Positions 26,506 through 41,007 of a stretch of DNA of 64,000 nt are shown here, one piece after another; the first letter of the stretch is position 1, and every line of letters starts with the position of its first letter. The notes beneath the pieces are model-generated. The model worked only from the letters and a program-made list of their open reading frames with translations. It had not been told where the DNA came from and did no database searches. Where the stretch lies: the NCBI GenBank assembly GCA_964016885.1, contig OZ024754.1, positions 37,758,001-37,822,000 on the forward strand, read 5' to 3'. This DNA comes from Eledone cirrhosa (lineage: Eukaryota). The position numbers and the translations under genes were made by a program.

Positions 26506-26815
26506 TAGTTGGTGGTAGAGAATACTTGTTCGGACTTCACTTTTACACGTGTTTTGACTGCCTTTTTGTATCCATTCATTTCATATAATATATCAACAAT
26601 AAAATCAATACACAAACACACTAAGACATTAACCTCTCCGATGTGAAATGACGAAAAGGCCATAATATGAGCAAAGGCGAGCAGAATCCCTACTTGACCT
26701 TACAAACCTGCTGTTCATGGAACAAATAGTGCTCTATCCAACAAAGGTTTAAAATGTCATAGAACTCTAGTTCTAATTTTACTTTTGTATCTATATTTAT
26801 ACATACATATATATA

Positions 26816-26915
<100 letters not shown>

Positions 26916-26971
26916 CATATATATATATATATACATATATATATTTATATATATATACATATATATATATA

Positions 26972-27948
<977 letters not shown>

Positions 27949-27999
27949 CAAACAAATAGTTTATCACTACTCTACATGGCTAAATATAATAAATATAAT

Positions 28000-28660
28000 C
28001 TGTGTTTTTCGAATATTAATAATAATATTCGATTCGTTTACAATTCTGCAAACAGCCTCTTTAAAGCCATGTCAGTAGACTGACACCTTCATTCTTGCTC
28101 TTGTGTTGGCATGTCAACAGAACTGCAGACACTAATGTTTCTGGGTGATTACTCGTCATCAGTACAGTTCACTGTTCACCTGCCAACTGTCAGAGCTAGT
28201 GAAAATATATGATATATTCTAAAATATACAGTGACTGATCGGCCTGATTTGCATATTAGGAGACTGCTTGATCAGTCAGATCTTTATATTAGCAGATCCA
28301 CTGATCAGCCAGATCCGCATATCAGCAGATAGGCCACTCAGTCTCATGTATACGAGCGATTAATGGCCGGCTTTGCCATATTCAAATAACAAAAAAATAT
28401 AGTTTATCGCTGTTTACATGCCAACACAAGAGAACGAATGACGTAGTCATTCTACTGACATGGCTTTAAAGAGGCTGTTTGCAGAATTGCAAACGAATCG
28501 AATATTATTATAAGGCAAAGTTAACCTCCCGCCAAGGTTAACTTTGCCTTTCATCCTTACGGGGTTTATAAAATAAAGTACCAGTAATACACTGCGTAAT
28601 TGCTGGCCTTGTGCCAAAAGTAGAAACAATTATTAATATTCGAAAAACTCAGATTACATT
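28000..28660. mobile_element. PLE pLTR-like foldback (28000-28235 with a partial inverted copy at 28405-28660) interrupted by a SINE piece
   Basis: Inverted homology seen directly; SINE core at ~28520-28632. Confidence 0.55.
28122..28168 (-). ncRNA. Type I hammerhead ribozyme-like motif
   Basis: Minus strand reads ACTGTA-CTGATGA-cgagtaatcaccca-GAAA-CATTAGTG-TC-TGCAGT: core intact, GUC triplet, stems I and III pair, stem II imperfect. Confidence 0.6.
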
Positions 28661-28756
28661 TATTTTTTTTTAAAAAGGTGTTTTATAATGTATATAAAAA
28701 TATATATTTTATATATTTTATATACATTATATAATTGTTCCTCTCATCTTTTCAAT

Positions 28757-28945
28757 AATTGTTTCTACTTTTGGCACAAGGCCAGCAATTTCCCAGTGTA
28801 TTACTGGTACTTTATTTTATCGACCCCGTAAGGATGAAAGGCAAAGTTAACCTCGGCGGGATTTGAACTCAGAATGGCAAGGGCCGTAACTCTATGCGTC
28901 AAAGCATGGCGTCCGACCCTCTACCGATACTGCCAATTCACCGCC
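28757..28945 (-). mobile_element. tRNA-derived SINE
   Basis: Reverse complement of the 4832 family. Confidence 0.75.
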
Positions 28946-29067
28946 AATTCACCGCCAATTCACTCTCATCTTTTCAATAATGTCACTTTGACGGATCAAA
29001 AAAGAAAAACAGAAAAAACAGATCCTTAAATATATTTTCCGTGCCATTTCCAATTCCTCTTTCTCTC

Positions 29068-29117
<50 letters not shown>

Positions 29118-29129
29118 ACTCTCTCTCAC

Positions 29130-29224
<95 letters not shown>

Positions 29225-29262
29225 CTATATATACACATACAAACACACGCACAAACACACAT

Positions 29263-29328
<66 letters not shown>

Positions 29329-29339
29329 TGCCCTGCACT

Positions 29340-29836
29340 TATATAAGTGCAGGGCAATGAAAATTGATGGAGGCTGCGGAGTGGGTAGACCAAGAAAAAC
29401 CTGGGACGAGGTGACAAAACCTGACCTTGCCCACCTACAACTCTCTAACACAATGACACTGGATCGAGACCCTTGGCGCCATACAGTTGTACAGAAGACC
29501 CGACTACCATTGCATACAAACCTACAGTCAGTAGGCATATCTTAACTCAATGTACACCCCACCGCTACACCCTCCCTCTCCCGTTCCGTCCACTGTGTCA
29601 AGACACAACAATCCACACTGTAAGGTGGCCGTGCAGGAGTCACGGTGAAAAGTCTCCCAGTCCACACTGTAAAAGTGGTTGGTGTTAGGAAGGGCATCCA
29701 GCTGTAAAAAAAACCCACCAGAGTCGCTTCCGTGCGAGTGAGACACGGTGTCTCGACCATTCCCGCATCAAATGGAACAAAACCGTCTAACCCATGCTAG
29801 CGTGGAAGATGGATCTTAAACGATGATGATGATGAT
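29340..29836 (+). mobile_element. RTE 3' end plus RTE-tail SINE remnant
   Basis: KIDGGCGVGRPRKTWDEV..DL...DRDPWR, then the ggttggtgttaggaagggcatccagc core and a (GAT)n tail. Confidence 0.65.
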
Positions 29837-30085
29837 CATATATATATATATGGAGAGAGAGAGAAGAGAAATAGGACGAAGGTAAACAGTTACAAAAGAA
29901 TTTAATACGTGGATTAAATTCTTTTGTAACTGTTTACCTTCGTCCTATTTCTCTTCTTTGATTACACTCCTCGTTTGTTCGTGTTTCCACTACAGAATCC
30001 CTACCAACCTGTCGAGTCACCTTAACGTATGTTGAGAACTTTCCTCACAACTTGTTCTACCAAGCTTTGGAATACTCCTAATAAC

Positions 30086-30159
<74 letters not shown>

Positions 30160-30471
30160 TAAAATTAGTCATTCATCAGTGATCTTCCAACCATCATTGG
30201 TATTTCATCGCTTTAAAGACCATATACCTCCGGTTGGTGCGAGCAACGGCTAAAAAAAGTCGTTGGGACACGTAAATAAAGGGGACAAGAGTGTAAACAA
30301 CAAAAATGGTGAGCAACGAAAAGTGAGGAAGAAGAAGTCAAGTCCCAAATTTCTATGAATTTAAATTCGGTGAAATCGTGAACGAGAGAGAATAAAGACC
30401 ATCAAACCTGGTTGGAATGTAAGCAAGGAAGGAATGTAACCCATTATCAACGCCGCAGTACGTTTATTTTC

Positions 30472-30588
<117 letters not shown>

Positions 30589-30673
30589 ATTTTCACTTTT
30601 TTCCTAATATCTTGTCCGTATGTGGTTGACGGCTGAGATGAAAGAGTAATCATATTCATATATTCATTCGAAG

Positions 30674-30891
30674 GTCAAGGTGGAAAGAAGGAACAGAAGA
30701 AAGTAACAATCCGCTGGTTTGAACGCTCAGAATTGATATTAATTTTCTTCACCCCTGTGATGCTCTTGTCCCAGACACTCTTGCATTACTACGTGGACTG
30801 GCGAATAGGAAATAATTACTATCAAAACCAAAATACCGTCTTCTCTACGTCTTGTAACCGTCGCTTCCAGTTCTCAAACGATCATCATAAG
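30674..30891 (+). CDS. SLC46-like copy 2, TM1 exon (equivalent to vertebrate exon 1)
   Basis: GQGGKKEQKKVTIRWFERSELILIFFTPVMLLSQTLLHYYVDWRIGNNYYQNQNTVFSTSCNRRFQFSNDHHK ends AAG|GTAAGA, phase 0, in frame with VQRLTALW. Matches the SLC46 E...F......Q....QY...R.....C pattern. The 5' boundary (AG at 30672-30673) is inferred. Confidence 0.7.
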
Positions 30892-31997
30892 GTAAGATGA
30901 AAGATATTAGGAAAAAAGTGTAAACCATAGCCAGAATCAGTTCTGTATGAACAAGACACGGTCATCTGATCTGGCTTGTCACACAACGGACCAACTCGTC
31001 TAACCCATGCTAGTATGGAAAAATGGACATTAAACGGTCACAACGTCGACAATGATGATTATGGTGATGATGATGATAACTGTGTGGTTAAGTAGTTCAC
31101 TTTCCAATAATATGATACCGGGATAACAAATGTTATGCGCTGACGTTCTCATTCAAGCCCCCTTATATCTACTTGGTAGAAGGAGTTATCCTCCTTGACC
31201 ATTGAAATGCCATGATGGACACAGTCAAACGTCTAGATTGGCACCCCAGCGACTAGCTGCACCAGTTACGAGAGAACTTGGTTAATTAAAAAGCACACGT
31301 GCGTATTCAGTGAGCCATTTTTGAGATGTTCTGGTCAAGGGGTGTCTCACGCGTTAGAGAGGTTTAGAAAGGGAGGTAATTATTGATGAAGATGTATGTG
31401 TGTGTGTTTGTGAATTTATATAGCTTGTATTCAATACATGTGTGAATGTGACGTCCGAACGAGTATCCTCCACCACCAACTAACTTACCCTCCGCTTCTA
31501 GGTTCCGGCCGACCGGATGGAGAATGCATTGCTCTGCAGGGTGGTGATGGGGACGCGCTGAAACAGCCACTCCACCTCGCGGGACTTGCATTGATTGTAT
31601 TTGTGTAGTTTAAGTCGGTATTTTTTCAGCAGGTCTAAGTCGAGCAGTTAACCTCTGTCTGAGTACTTCTTTGTCTGATCTGGTGAATTATTTACTCTTA
31701 TGCTTTCATTTCATCGTTTCCTGTCCTTATTTTCACACACTCAAACAATTCCTCATTTCTTCTCTTTCTTTATTCTTTACTCTGCTTTTTTTTTTCTTAA
31801 TCAAAATCTGCCTCAAATTATTATTTTCTATTTTCACTGTCTTCCACCAATACCATAATTCGAAATCATACCCCCCCCCCTCCCCCTCTCTCTCTTTATA
31901 TATATATGTAGAAGAGATATTTAATTTGTTGGAAATCCAACAAATATAGATGTTTATAACTGATTCAGAGCACTCGACAATTTTCTGGAGTAAGTAT

Positions 31998-32236
31998 TCA
32001 ATGATATTAAATAAATGGAAACTATATTTATAAAACCATATTTATTCTATTATATATATTTCAAGGGTACCAAAACTTTGGTACGCTATCTTCAGATAAA
32101 ATACAAAATGTTTTATAAATATTTGACATGACCATTATCTGAAGATAGCGTACCAAAATTTTGGTACCCTTGAAATATATATAATAGAATATATATAGTT
32201 TTATAAATATAGTTTCCATTTATTTAATATCATTGT
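31998..32236. repeat. Foldback inverted repeat (PLE pLTR-like; related sequence at ~54825-54897)
   Basis: caatgatattaaataaatggaaac...cttcagataa pairs with ttatctgaag...tttccatttatttaatatcattg. Confidence 0.75.
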
Positions 32237-32469
32237 ATATATATATATATTAGAAAATGTGTGAGATCCTTGGTACAGCTAGATATACTCAAAATCCCTC
32301 AGTAATTAAACCCGAGATATGTAAAAACTCCAGAGTCTTTCAGTCGGACATGAAAAATAAAAAATATATGTATATATGTATATATGTATATATGTATATA
32401 TATATATATGTACATATGTATATATGAATATATGTATGTATATATATATATATGTATATGTATATATAT

Positions 32470-33030
32470 AGTATCTAGAATAGTATCTTGAATAAGGACG
32501 GGCTGGAAGCAGTTTAGGGAGCTGCTTCCTCTGTTGACAAAGAAGGGTTTCTCCCTGTGTACGAAAGGCCGGTTATATTATGCCTGTGTGAGACCCGCGA
32601 TGCTGCATGGTAGTGAGACATGGGTAGCAACTGCAGAGGATATGCGACAGCTGGAGAGAAATGAAGCAAGCATGCTCAGTTGGATGTGCAATGTCAATGT
32701 GCGTGAACGACCAAGCATGGATGAGTTGAGTGAGAAACTGTATAAGAGGGATAAGTTGTGGTGTACGGGAGGAAAACTGAGATGGTATGGACATGTGATG
32801 CATGGAGGATGACCGCTGGGTAAAGAAGTGCCAAGAAATCCCAGTAGAAGGAAGATGCGGTAGAGGTAGACCACGAAAAACATGGACGGAGGTGGTGAGA
32901 GCAGAACTCAGATCGCTGAAGCTCACGGAGGAGATGATGAAGGACCGTGACAAGTGGAGAGATGATGTGCTGAATAAGACCCGTCCCACCCTTGCAAGCA
33001 GGGAAAAGCGGACGTAAAATGATGATGATA
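32470..33030 (+). mobile_element. RTE-clade LINE 3' fragment
   Basis: [43 protein letters not shown]; same family as 26972-27842. Confidence 0.85.
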
Positions 33031-33834
33031 ATATTTCTTGGTTGTTCTTATTTTCATATATATATGTGTGTGTTTGTGTGTGTGTGTGGTGTGTGTGTGT
33101 ATATATATATGGTAATACATATGATATATAGCTGTATAGATGAGTGTTGAATGTGTGTGTCTATAAGTGTGTATGTATACGTAATTTCCTGTATGGGTTA
33201 GCCGTATATATTTGTATATTGCTCCATCTGGTTCTTTACCACACTTCTTTCGTGGTAAATAAGAACTTTTGGATTAGGACAATGGGATTGATGAGTTAAT
33301 ATCTGTATACAACAACTACAACGGTACGCGATGGGGCCCACCCACAGCCGCGGCGGACAGAATGGAAAAGGCGTTTCCCCGGAGGACGGGAAGGGAGATG
33401 CGCTGGAAGAGCCATTCCAACTCGCGGAGCTCACAGCTGCGGTTGGCCAGCTCAGCGCCTATTGTGGTGAGGGAAGATGGTCATGCCATCTGGCCTTTTG
33501 CCGTCCCCTCGATCCAGCCCCACCGGCTCGAGCTGGGAAGGGAATCCTGCATCGATCAAGCCATGCTTAATGACCTCGTTGAGGGCAGCATGGGGTTACA
33601 TTCACGGCTTGTTACGCAACGCTGAGATTTTTTTATGATGAAAAATGCTGTGTTAGGAGATGGTCATTTCCTTTCACACCCACTCGCCCTACCTCCACCA
33701 CATACACTATACATGCCTGACGTTGTATGCTAACCACTCCCTCGTGCATATAAGATAGAGAAGATACGGGGCAGACGGATGTACCGTAAACCGTATTGTA
33801 GCCAACCCGTCTAGGAGAGCTACCACTAAGTCCC

Positions 33835-34135
33835 CTAAGTCCTGTAAGACAACTTCCCTAGTGCTGGTTGCACGAATAAAAGCACCCAGTCCATGCTGTA
33901 AAAAGGGAGTGGGGTGGGGGTGGAGTGGGCCCCTGAGTCCAGTAAGACAAACTCTCTAGTGCTGGTGGCACGAATATAAGCATCCAGTCCATGCTGTAAA
34001 GTGGGAGTAGGGTGTGGTGGGGGTGGAGAGGGCCCCTGAGTCCAGTAAGACAAACTCTCTAGTGCTGGTGGCACGAATAAAAGCACCCAGTCCATGCTGT
34101 AAAGTGGTGCTGGTGTTAGGAAGGGCATCCAACCA
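33835..34135 (+). repeat. Minisatellite, ~3 units of ~100 bp
   Basis: Repeated gtaagacaaactctctagtgctggtggcacgaataa...ccagtccatgctgtaaa. Confidence 0.7.
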
Positions 34136-34511
34136 TTATGTATTAATGCCAAACCAATTATGAGCACAACAAATAAGTATCGCAATAACTGCGTAAACAG
34201 TAATAACACTAACCAAGTTAGGACTGCGTACGGTAGTGGGGTGGCTGGTGCGGCCATGTGCAAGAACACCCCGACCCTCATCAAGCAATCACACAACAAG
34301 AACATAATGATGATATATATATATATATCATCATCATCATCGTCATCATCATCATCATCAGTAACGTCTACCCTCCGAACTAGCATGGGTTGGACGGGTT
34401 TGTCCCACTTGAGGCAAGATTGTTCAATTAAAGATATTTAGAATCAGCCGACTTTTATATAACAGATGTCAAGCACTCAACGGTATTTGTTCATCTGGAG
34501 TTTTGTTATAA

Positions 34512-34690
34512 TAATTGTTTCTACATTTGGCACAAGGCCAGCAATTACTCAGTACATTATTGGTACTTTATTTTATCGACAAGGCAAAGTTAACCTCGGC
34601 GGGATTAGAACTCAGAATGGCAAGGACCGTAACTCAATGCGTCAAAGCATGGTTCCCGAATCTCTACCGATACTGCCAATCCACTGCCCT
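34512..34690 (-). mobile_element. tRNA-derived SINE
   Basis: Reverse complement of the 4832 family with an internal deletion. Confidence 0.7.
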
Positions 34691-34879
34691 ACTTTAGTCC
34701 ATCCCTATTTATTTTACTATACGTATTTCGAAGACGTATGGCTTGTGTACAACATAAGTCAAAATTTGTTCTCTTCAGATAAAATCCACAGGAGATTTAT
34801 ATTATACATATGCCATACATCTTCGAAATACGTACAGAAAAATAAATAGGGATGGACTAAAGTAACTGTCTGTTTTGTT

Positions 34880-34916
<37 letters not shown>

Positions 34917-34957
34917 GGAAAAATTTGAACAGGAACAAAACAGAGAGGCAGTACAAC

Positions 34958-34996
<39 letters not shown>

Positions 34997-35043
34997 TTGC
35001 GAGGTTTTTTATATGAAATCGTGTGTCGAAACAGATATTGTTA

Positions 35044-37302
35044 TATTTGGGGAGGGTCATATTTGCGTAATATTGCCAGAATTAATAACAGAACACACTC
35101 ACTGTTTGGTTGGTTTTCGCTTCTCGCTGTCTTTTATATATATATATCTGCGATCTAACTTACTCGGTCCTCAATGTTGCCATTGACTGACCGGCGGTCA
35201 AAAATAATACAGATACAATATAGACAAACACATATATATATAGTTTACATAAATCTTTCGTTGCACATCTGCAACATCGTCAGTGGTGTTATATTCATTG
35301 TTCCTCCTGTTGTGTTGTATGTCTACGCCATTTTTTTGTTCAGTCTGTCTATATATTTATTTATTTATTTGCTTGTTTGTTTATCTTATTTTATTTTGTC
35401 TTCTTTGCGCATGCGTTTGCGTGTGTGTATAGTGTTATGTGTGATGTGTGACTAGTGTGGATAGTGTTGTCTCTGCTGGGTGACTGGTGTGTGTTTATAT
35501 GCTTGTGTATGTATTTATTTATCTTATTTTATTTAATTTAATTTACTTATTTATTTATACTTCTCTTAGGTCAGTGTTGTTTGTTTGGGTGTTGTTGTTG
35601 TTCCACTCATTCTTTCTGTTTAGCTTTGGTCTTCTAATTTCTATTTCACTGGCCTCTCTGATTTGCCTATCTGCTGGGTCATTCCTATGTTTAGATATTA
35701 TTCTAATTTCTATGTTGTCTATGTTACCGTCATGATGTTGTCTAGCATGTTCGTATAGTACTGACCCGTTTTTTCGTCCTTTTAGTTCCCCCCAGTGTTG
35801 GTCTATCCTTTCACCTATGCTACGAGCTGTCTCACCTATGTATGTTGTTGTCGTGTTTCTGCAAGTACCCTCTGTACATCTTATGCTATAGACTACGTTT
35901 CTAGTTTTACAGTTTATCCGGGGGTTCACCTTACATATGATACATTTCCTATTGGTACAGTGGGTTTTCTTAAAAGGGTAGGTTTTGCTGATCAGGGATT
36001 TTATGGTGGTTCCTGGCTTTTCTACCACCTTTATTTTTAAGTGGGTCTTTCTCAGGGCCTTTCTACACTGGTTAGCTAATTTCCCTCCAGGGGTGGCGTC
36101 CACAAACATGACACTCTGATATCTCTGGTTGTCGTACCATGATGTGGCCTTCCCTATCTTATGTCTAGCCCTATCTAAGCTATTCCATGATTTGCTCCTG
36201 TATAGTGGGCAAATTCCTTTCATGTCCAGTTCTATGAGGGTCTTATACTTTTCCATGGCTCCTTCGTATACTCTGACTCTGTCTCTTTGGTTGTAGCCAG
36301 AGAACTGCATGCGGTTGATGAAGTGTTGGATGTGTCCTTCCATTTCTGTTGGGTCGCACATGCTGGACACATTCTTCATCACTCGTACCAAATCTGCGAT
36401 CAGAATATTAAACTTAGCACTACTGGACATTGCTGAGTTTTTGAGTAGTAGAAACGTAGTCTATAGCATAAGATGTACAGAGGGTACTTGCAGAAACACG
36501 ACAACAACATACATAGGTGAGACAGCTCGTAGCATAGGTGAAAGGATAGACCAACACTGGGGGGAACTAAAAGGACGAAAAAACGGGTCAGTACTATACG
36601 AACATGCTAGACAACATCATGACGGTAACATAGACAACATAGAAATTAGAATAATATCTAAACATAGGAATGACCCAGCAGATAGGCAAATCAGAGAGGC
36701 CAGTGAAATAGAAATTAGAAGACCAAAGCTAAACAGAAAGAATGAGTGGAACAACAACAACACCCAAACAAACAACACTGACCTAAGAGAAGTATAAATA
36801 AATAAGTAAATTAAATTAAATAAAATAAGATAAATAAATACATACACAAGCACATAAACACACACCAGTCACCCAGCAGACACAACACTATCCACACTAG
36901 TCACACATCACACATAACACTATACACACACGCAAACGCATGCGCAAAGAAGACAAAATAAAATAAGATAAACAAACAAGCAAATAAATAAATAAATATA
37001 TAGACAGACTGAACAAAAAAATGGCGTAGACATACAACACAACAGGAGGAACAATGAATATAACACCACTGACGATGTTGCAGATGTGCAACGAAAGATT
37101 TATGTAAACTATATATATATGTGTTTGTCTATATTGTATCTGTATTATTTTTGACCGCCGGTCAGTCAATGGCAACATTGAGGACCGAGTAAGTTAGATC
37201 GCAGATATATATATATAAAAGACAGCGAGAAGCGAAAACCAACCAAACAGTGAGTGTGTTCTGTTATTAATTCTGGCAATATTACGCAAATATGACCCTC
37301 CC

Positions 37303-37307
<5 letters not shown>
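35044..37307 (-). mobile_element. Penelope-like element with ~860-bp inverted arms (35044-35903 / 36448-37307); ORF 35555-36430
   Basis: Same family as 12895-14332; intact YIGETARSIGERIDQH; the inverted copy includes the GIY-YIG C-terminus and pLTR; flanked by (TA)n. Confidence 0.9.
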
Positions 37308-37396
<89 letters not shown>

Positions 37397-37944
37397 GGAA
37401 GATGCTAAATGGTCGGTCGCCCTCGGGCCTATGATTTTCAACACCATGGATTTTATCTGTTACATTCATTTATTATATTTCGAATACCTGGTGATATCAC
37501 CGGATTCATACGGAACCCGGTCATTGAAATGATCATAGTATAATAAACCTTTCAAGGATTTACACAAGTCCAGCCTCCTGTTACTTTATTATAATATTTA
37601 ACTCCGTACTCGCACCACCAACTACACAAACGAAGACGGTTGAACTGCTTTACGTTGAGTACTCTCCATATTATTACATCAAGATTGACGATACGGAATT
37701 GACCAGCTCTATCCAGTGGTGAACCTTCAAAACTAAATAAATATATATATATATATTTGAAGTATTTCCGTAGGAAAGGTAAAGGAAAAGAGAGTGCTCT
37801 GTGTAGGCTACAGAGCTTTTCAGTTATGTAATAAACAACATAAGATAATTATTTCGTTTACCAAAGGTTTCACGAAAACAGACAAGCTTGGCACATACGT
37901 CTGCCTTCAATCGTCAGAACGAAATGAATTTTATTAAAATGGAA

Positions 37945-38272
37945 GTGAGGTATGGATGTCAAAACAGCGTCTAGGTCCACCAGTGATGCCATTGATAGCG
38001 TTGGCTACAAATAAAACCTCCAATGGAAGTGTATAGTAGATCGTCACTGCACTTAAAACGATTTTCATGATAGTGCCGGTCAAAGACCGTAATACATTCA
38101 CTGAGCGAAGTATATGGTTGCAAATACGGCATGCTGGTGTCTTCGACCGGCACTATCATGAAAATCGTTTTAAGTGCAGTGACGATCTACTATACACTTC
38201 CATTGGAGGTCTTATTTGTAGTCAACGCTATCAATGCCATCACTGAGATTCTGTTTTGAAATCCATACCTCA
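37945..38272. pseudogene. Intronic foldback duplicate of exon-2 fragment (copy 2)
   Basis: Homologous to 595-917. Confidence 0.85.
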
Positions 38273-38331
38273 CCAGAGTCTAGCATGTATATATATATAT
38301 ATATATGTGTGTGTGTATGTTTGTGTGTATG

Positions 38332-38365
<34 letters not shown>

Positions 38366-38582
38366 CGTTTAGTTCAAGGAGATAAATATATATATATATC
38401 TATATACTACTAAAACTCTCCGATTGCTTGCTTGTCTGTAATGTAATACAGCCAAAAAGGCGCATAATGGGAAAATACTTTGGAAGAAAGTTGCCCCTGA
38501 AATGGGAATACAAATGGAATAAAATAAGATATGGGGTTTTCCCGAGATATAGGGTTTTTCCCGGTACCTTCATAAACAGAGT

Positions 38583-38614
<32 letters not shown>

Positions 38615-38725
38615 TGAGAAAGATAGAAAGAAAGAGATAGTGGTTGTGAGAGAGTAGATTGAAAGTGAGAGGGAGAGGAGACAGAGAAAGAAAATGTAAG
38701 AGAAAGAGAGAATTCGTGTTGTTGT

Positions 38726-38760
<35 letters not shown>

Positions 38761-39186
38761 CTATGACCAGTGTATATAGATCACAGGCACCCATATATAT
38801 ATATATATATATACACATACATGCATGTATATATATGTCTACATACACACACGTATATATATGGGCCTTCCAGTTTCATTTTACATTATATACATGTCTG
38901 TGTATATTTTAATTATTTAAAAATTATTTTTAAGTGAACATGATTTTTTTTAAATATTCTGAACCAAGCGTGACCCAACAGGTCACGTGTAGTCTAGTAT
39001 CTATTATTCTCTCTGTTATTTATCAACTCTCCAAATACCACTGGTATTTTATCAAGCTACCTCTTCAATTTCCTCTCTATATTGAAGAGCTCTATACATC
39101 CACTTCCCATTCCCGTCCCGGACATTATTTCACACTTGTGTTCTTTCTTCCTCTCTCACATTTGTTTTTTGTTTTATCTTTTTTAG

Positions 39187-40036
39187 GTGCAACGTTTGAC
39201 AGCTTTATGGATAACAGATATGTTAGCTTTGGAATCCTTTCTGAGCATTTTTACAATATTCGTAATACATTCACTGAGCGAAGTATATGGTCGCAAATTC
39301 GGCATGCTGGTGTCTTTAAGCGGCACTATCATGAAAATCGTTTTAAGTGCAGTGACGATCTACTATACACTTCCATTGGAGGTCTTATTTGTAGCCAGCG
39401 CTATTAATGGCATCACTGGTGGACCTGCGAGCTTTATCACTTGTGCTGTGTCACAGATTACCGATACGTACCCGCACAAAGATAAGAGCTGCCGTAAATT
39501 TATAAAAGCTCAAAATCTTTCATTTGTAATAGCCGGCCTTTTTACAATTTATTTCGGCTTAATCATAGAAATCTTTGGCTATTTCTCCGCTTGCGTATTT
39601 TTGCTCCCTTTAGCTGTACTCAATATAGTCATCATTCTACACCTTCCAGATAACTCCACACAGAAGGAAGTCGATTGGAACTTTTCTAAAATTAAAACGT
39701 CGTTTATAAAGATATGGAACGTAATGACTATTAGGAAACGGTTGTTGTTGTTCTTTTTCATATCAGCCTCACCCATTAGTTATATGCCTCTTGGAGGACA
39801 GACTTTCTATACCACACAATTACTTATTAACATACCATTTTGCACCAGCATTTTCTTCACCGGATTTACTTTGGCTATTTCCGCTTTCACTTTTTTAACA
39901 CCAAATTACTACTCAGACCGACTGAATAAACCAGGTTTTTCTGTCAATACTATAATTGCTGGAAATCTGTTTGTCGGATTCCTTAGCAGTCTCATCATTA
40001 CAATAGCAGCAAAAAGAAATACATATTATGATGCAG
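39187..40036 (+). CDS. SLC46-like copy 2, exon 2 (850 nt)
   Basis: TTTTAG acceptor, GCAG|GTAT donor, open frame; about 94% amino-acid identity to copy 1 by manual count. Confidence 0.85.
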
Positions 40037-40413
40037 GTATAACTTTTTTTATTTCTTTTCTTTTCTTTTCTTCTTCTTTTCTTGTGTTTTTTTATCATAA
40101 AATGCAGCCCAATGTGGGCAGGTATTAAAAAATCTAATAAATGGGTTTAAACTACGAATGTCAGGTGAAGGGTATAATGTTATTACATCGTATTCTTTTA
40201 TAATCCTTCTAAATTGTAATTCTATTTGTAATATTTTAATACATTTTTAAACACAAGGAAGTGTTTGCGGTTTAATTTTAGGGCCACTGCAGCTCTTGAA
40301 CTCCTCCTGCCACTGCAGCACTAGAATTCCTCTAACCTGTCACCCAAATTGACGTAGGGAGAATTTCTGGGACATTTTTTGGAAAACAGTGCATCTTATA
40401 AGCCGTAAAATAC

Positions 40414-40453
<40 letters not shown>

Positions 40454-40923
40454 ATTTTTTATTAATGTTATAGTTATAATATTAATGATAGTAGTTATAC
40501 TGATTTACAGGTTGGTATATAGCTTAATGCAATGGCGGAGGGCGGGGTCACGCAGAGCTGTAATACACATGTTTCATCAGAGTTTATTAAAACGCTTAAT
40601 AGTAATTCACACAGAAAATATTAGGAACATCTAATACATAAAATCCCTTCACAAAATGCAAAAGATTTTATCTATTAGATGTTCCTAATATTTTCTGTGT
40701 GAATTACTATTAAGTGTTTTAATAAACTCTGATGAAACATGTGGCTCTGTACAGGTAGAAATGGCTGTCAGTTTATATACTGGGTGTCCCCAAAATATAT
40801 ACACACTTTAACAGCATTCTAATCAAAGTGTGTATACATTTTGGGGGGACACCCTCTGTGTGTGTGCGTCTGTGCTTACGTATTTTATCTTTCAATTTCT
40901 CTCATTTTTACTAACCTATCTAG

Positions 40924-41007
40924 TTTTGGTCAGCAACAACGCTGTCTTTCTGATATTGTATCTGACCATCAGAACCATGTTACCTTCTCTTGAAATTAAA
41001 TTGCACG
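40924..41007 (+). CDS. SLC46-like copy 2, exon 3
   Basis: Homolog of 4123-4206 with intact splice sites. Confidence 0.8.

Noticed and set aside
33290-33630. GC-richer stretch with short ORFs
   Set aside because: No recognisable motif or splice context; probably a TE fragment I cannot classify.
36309-36797. 162-aa plus-strand ORF as a novel gene
   Set aside because: Chimera across the PLE inversion junction.
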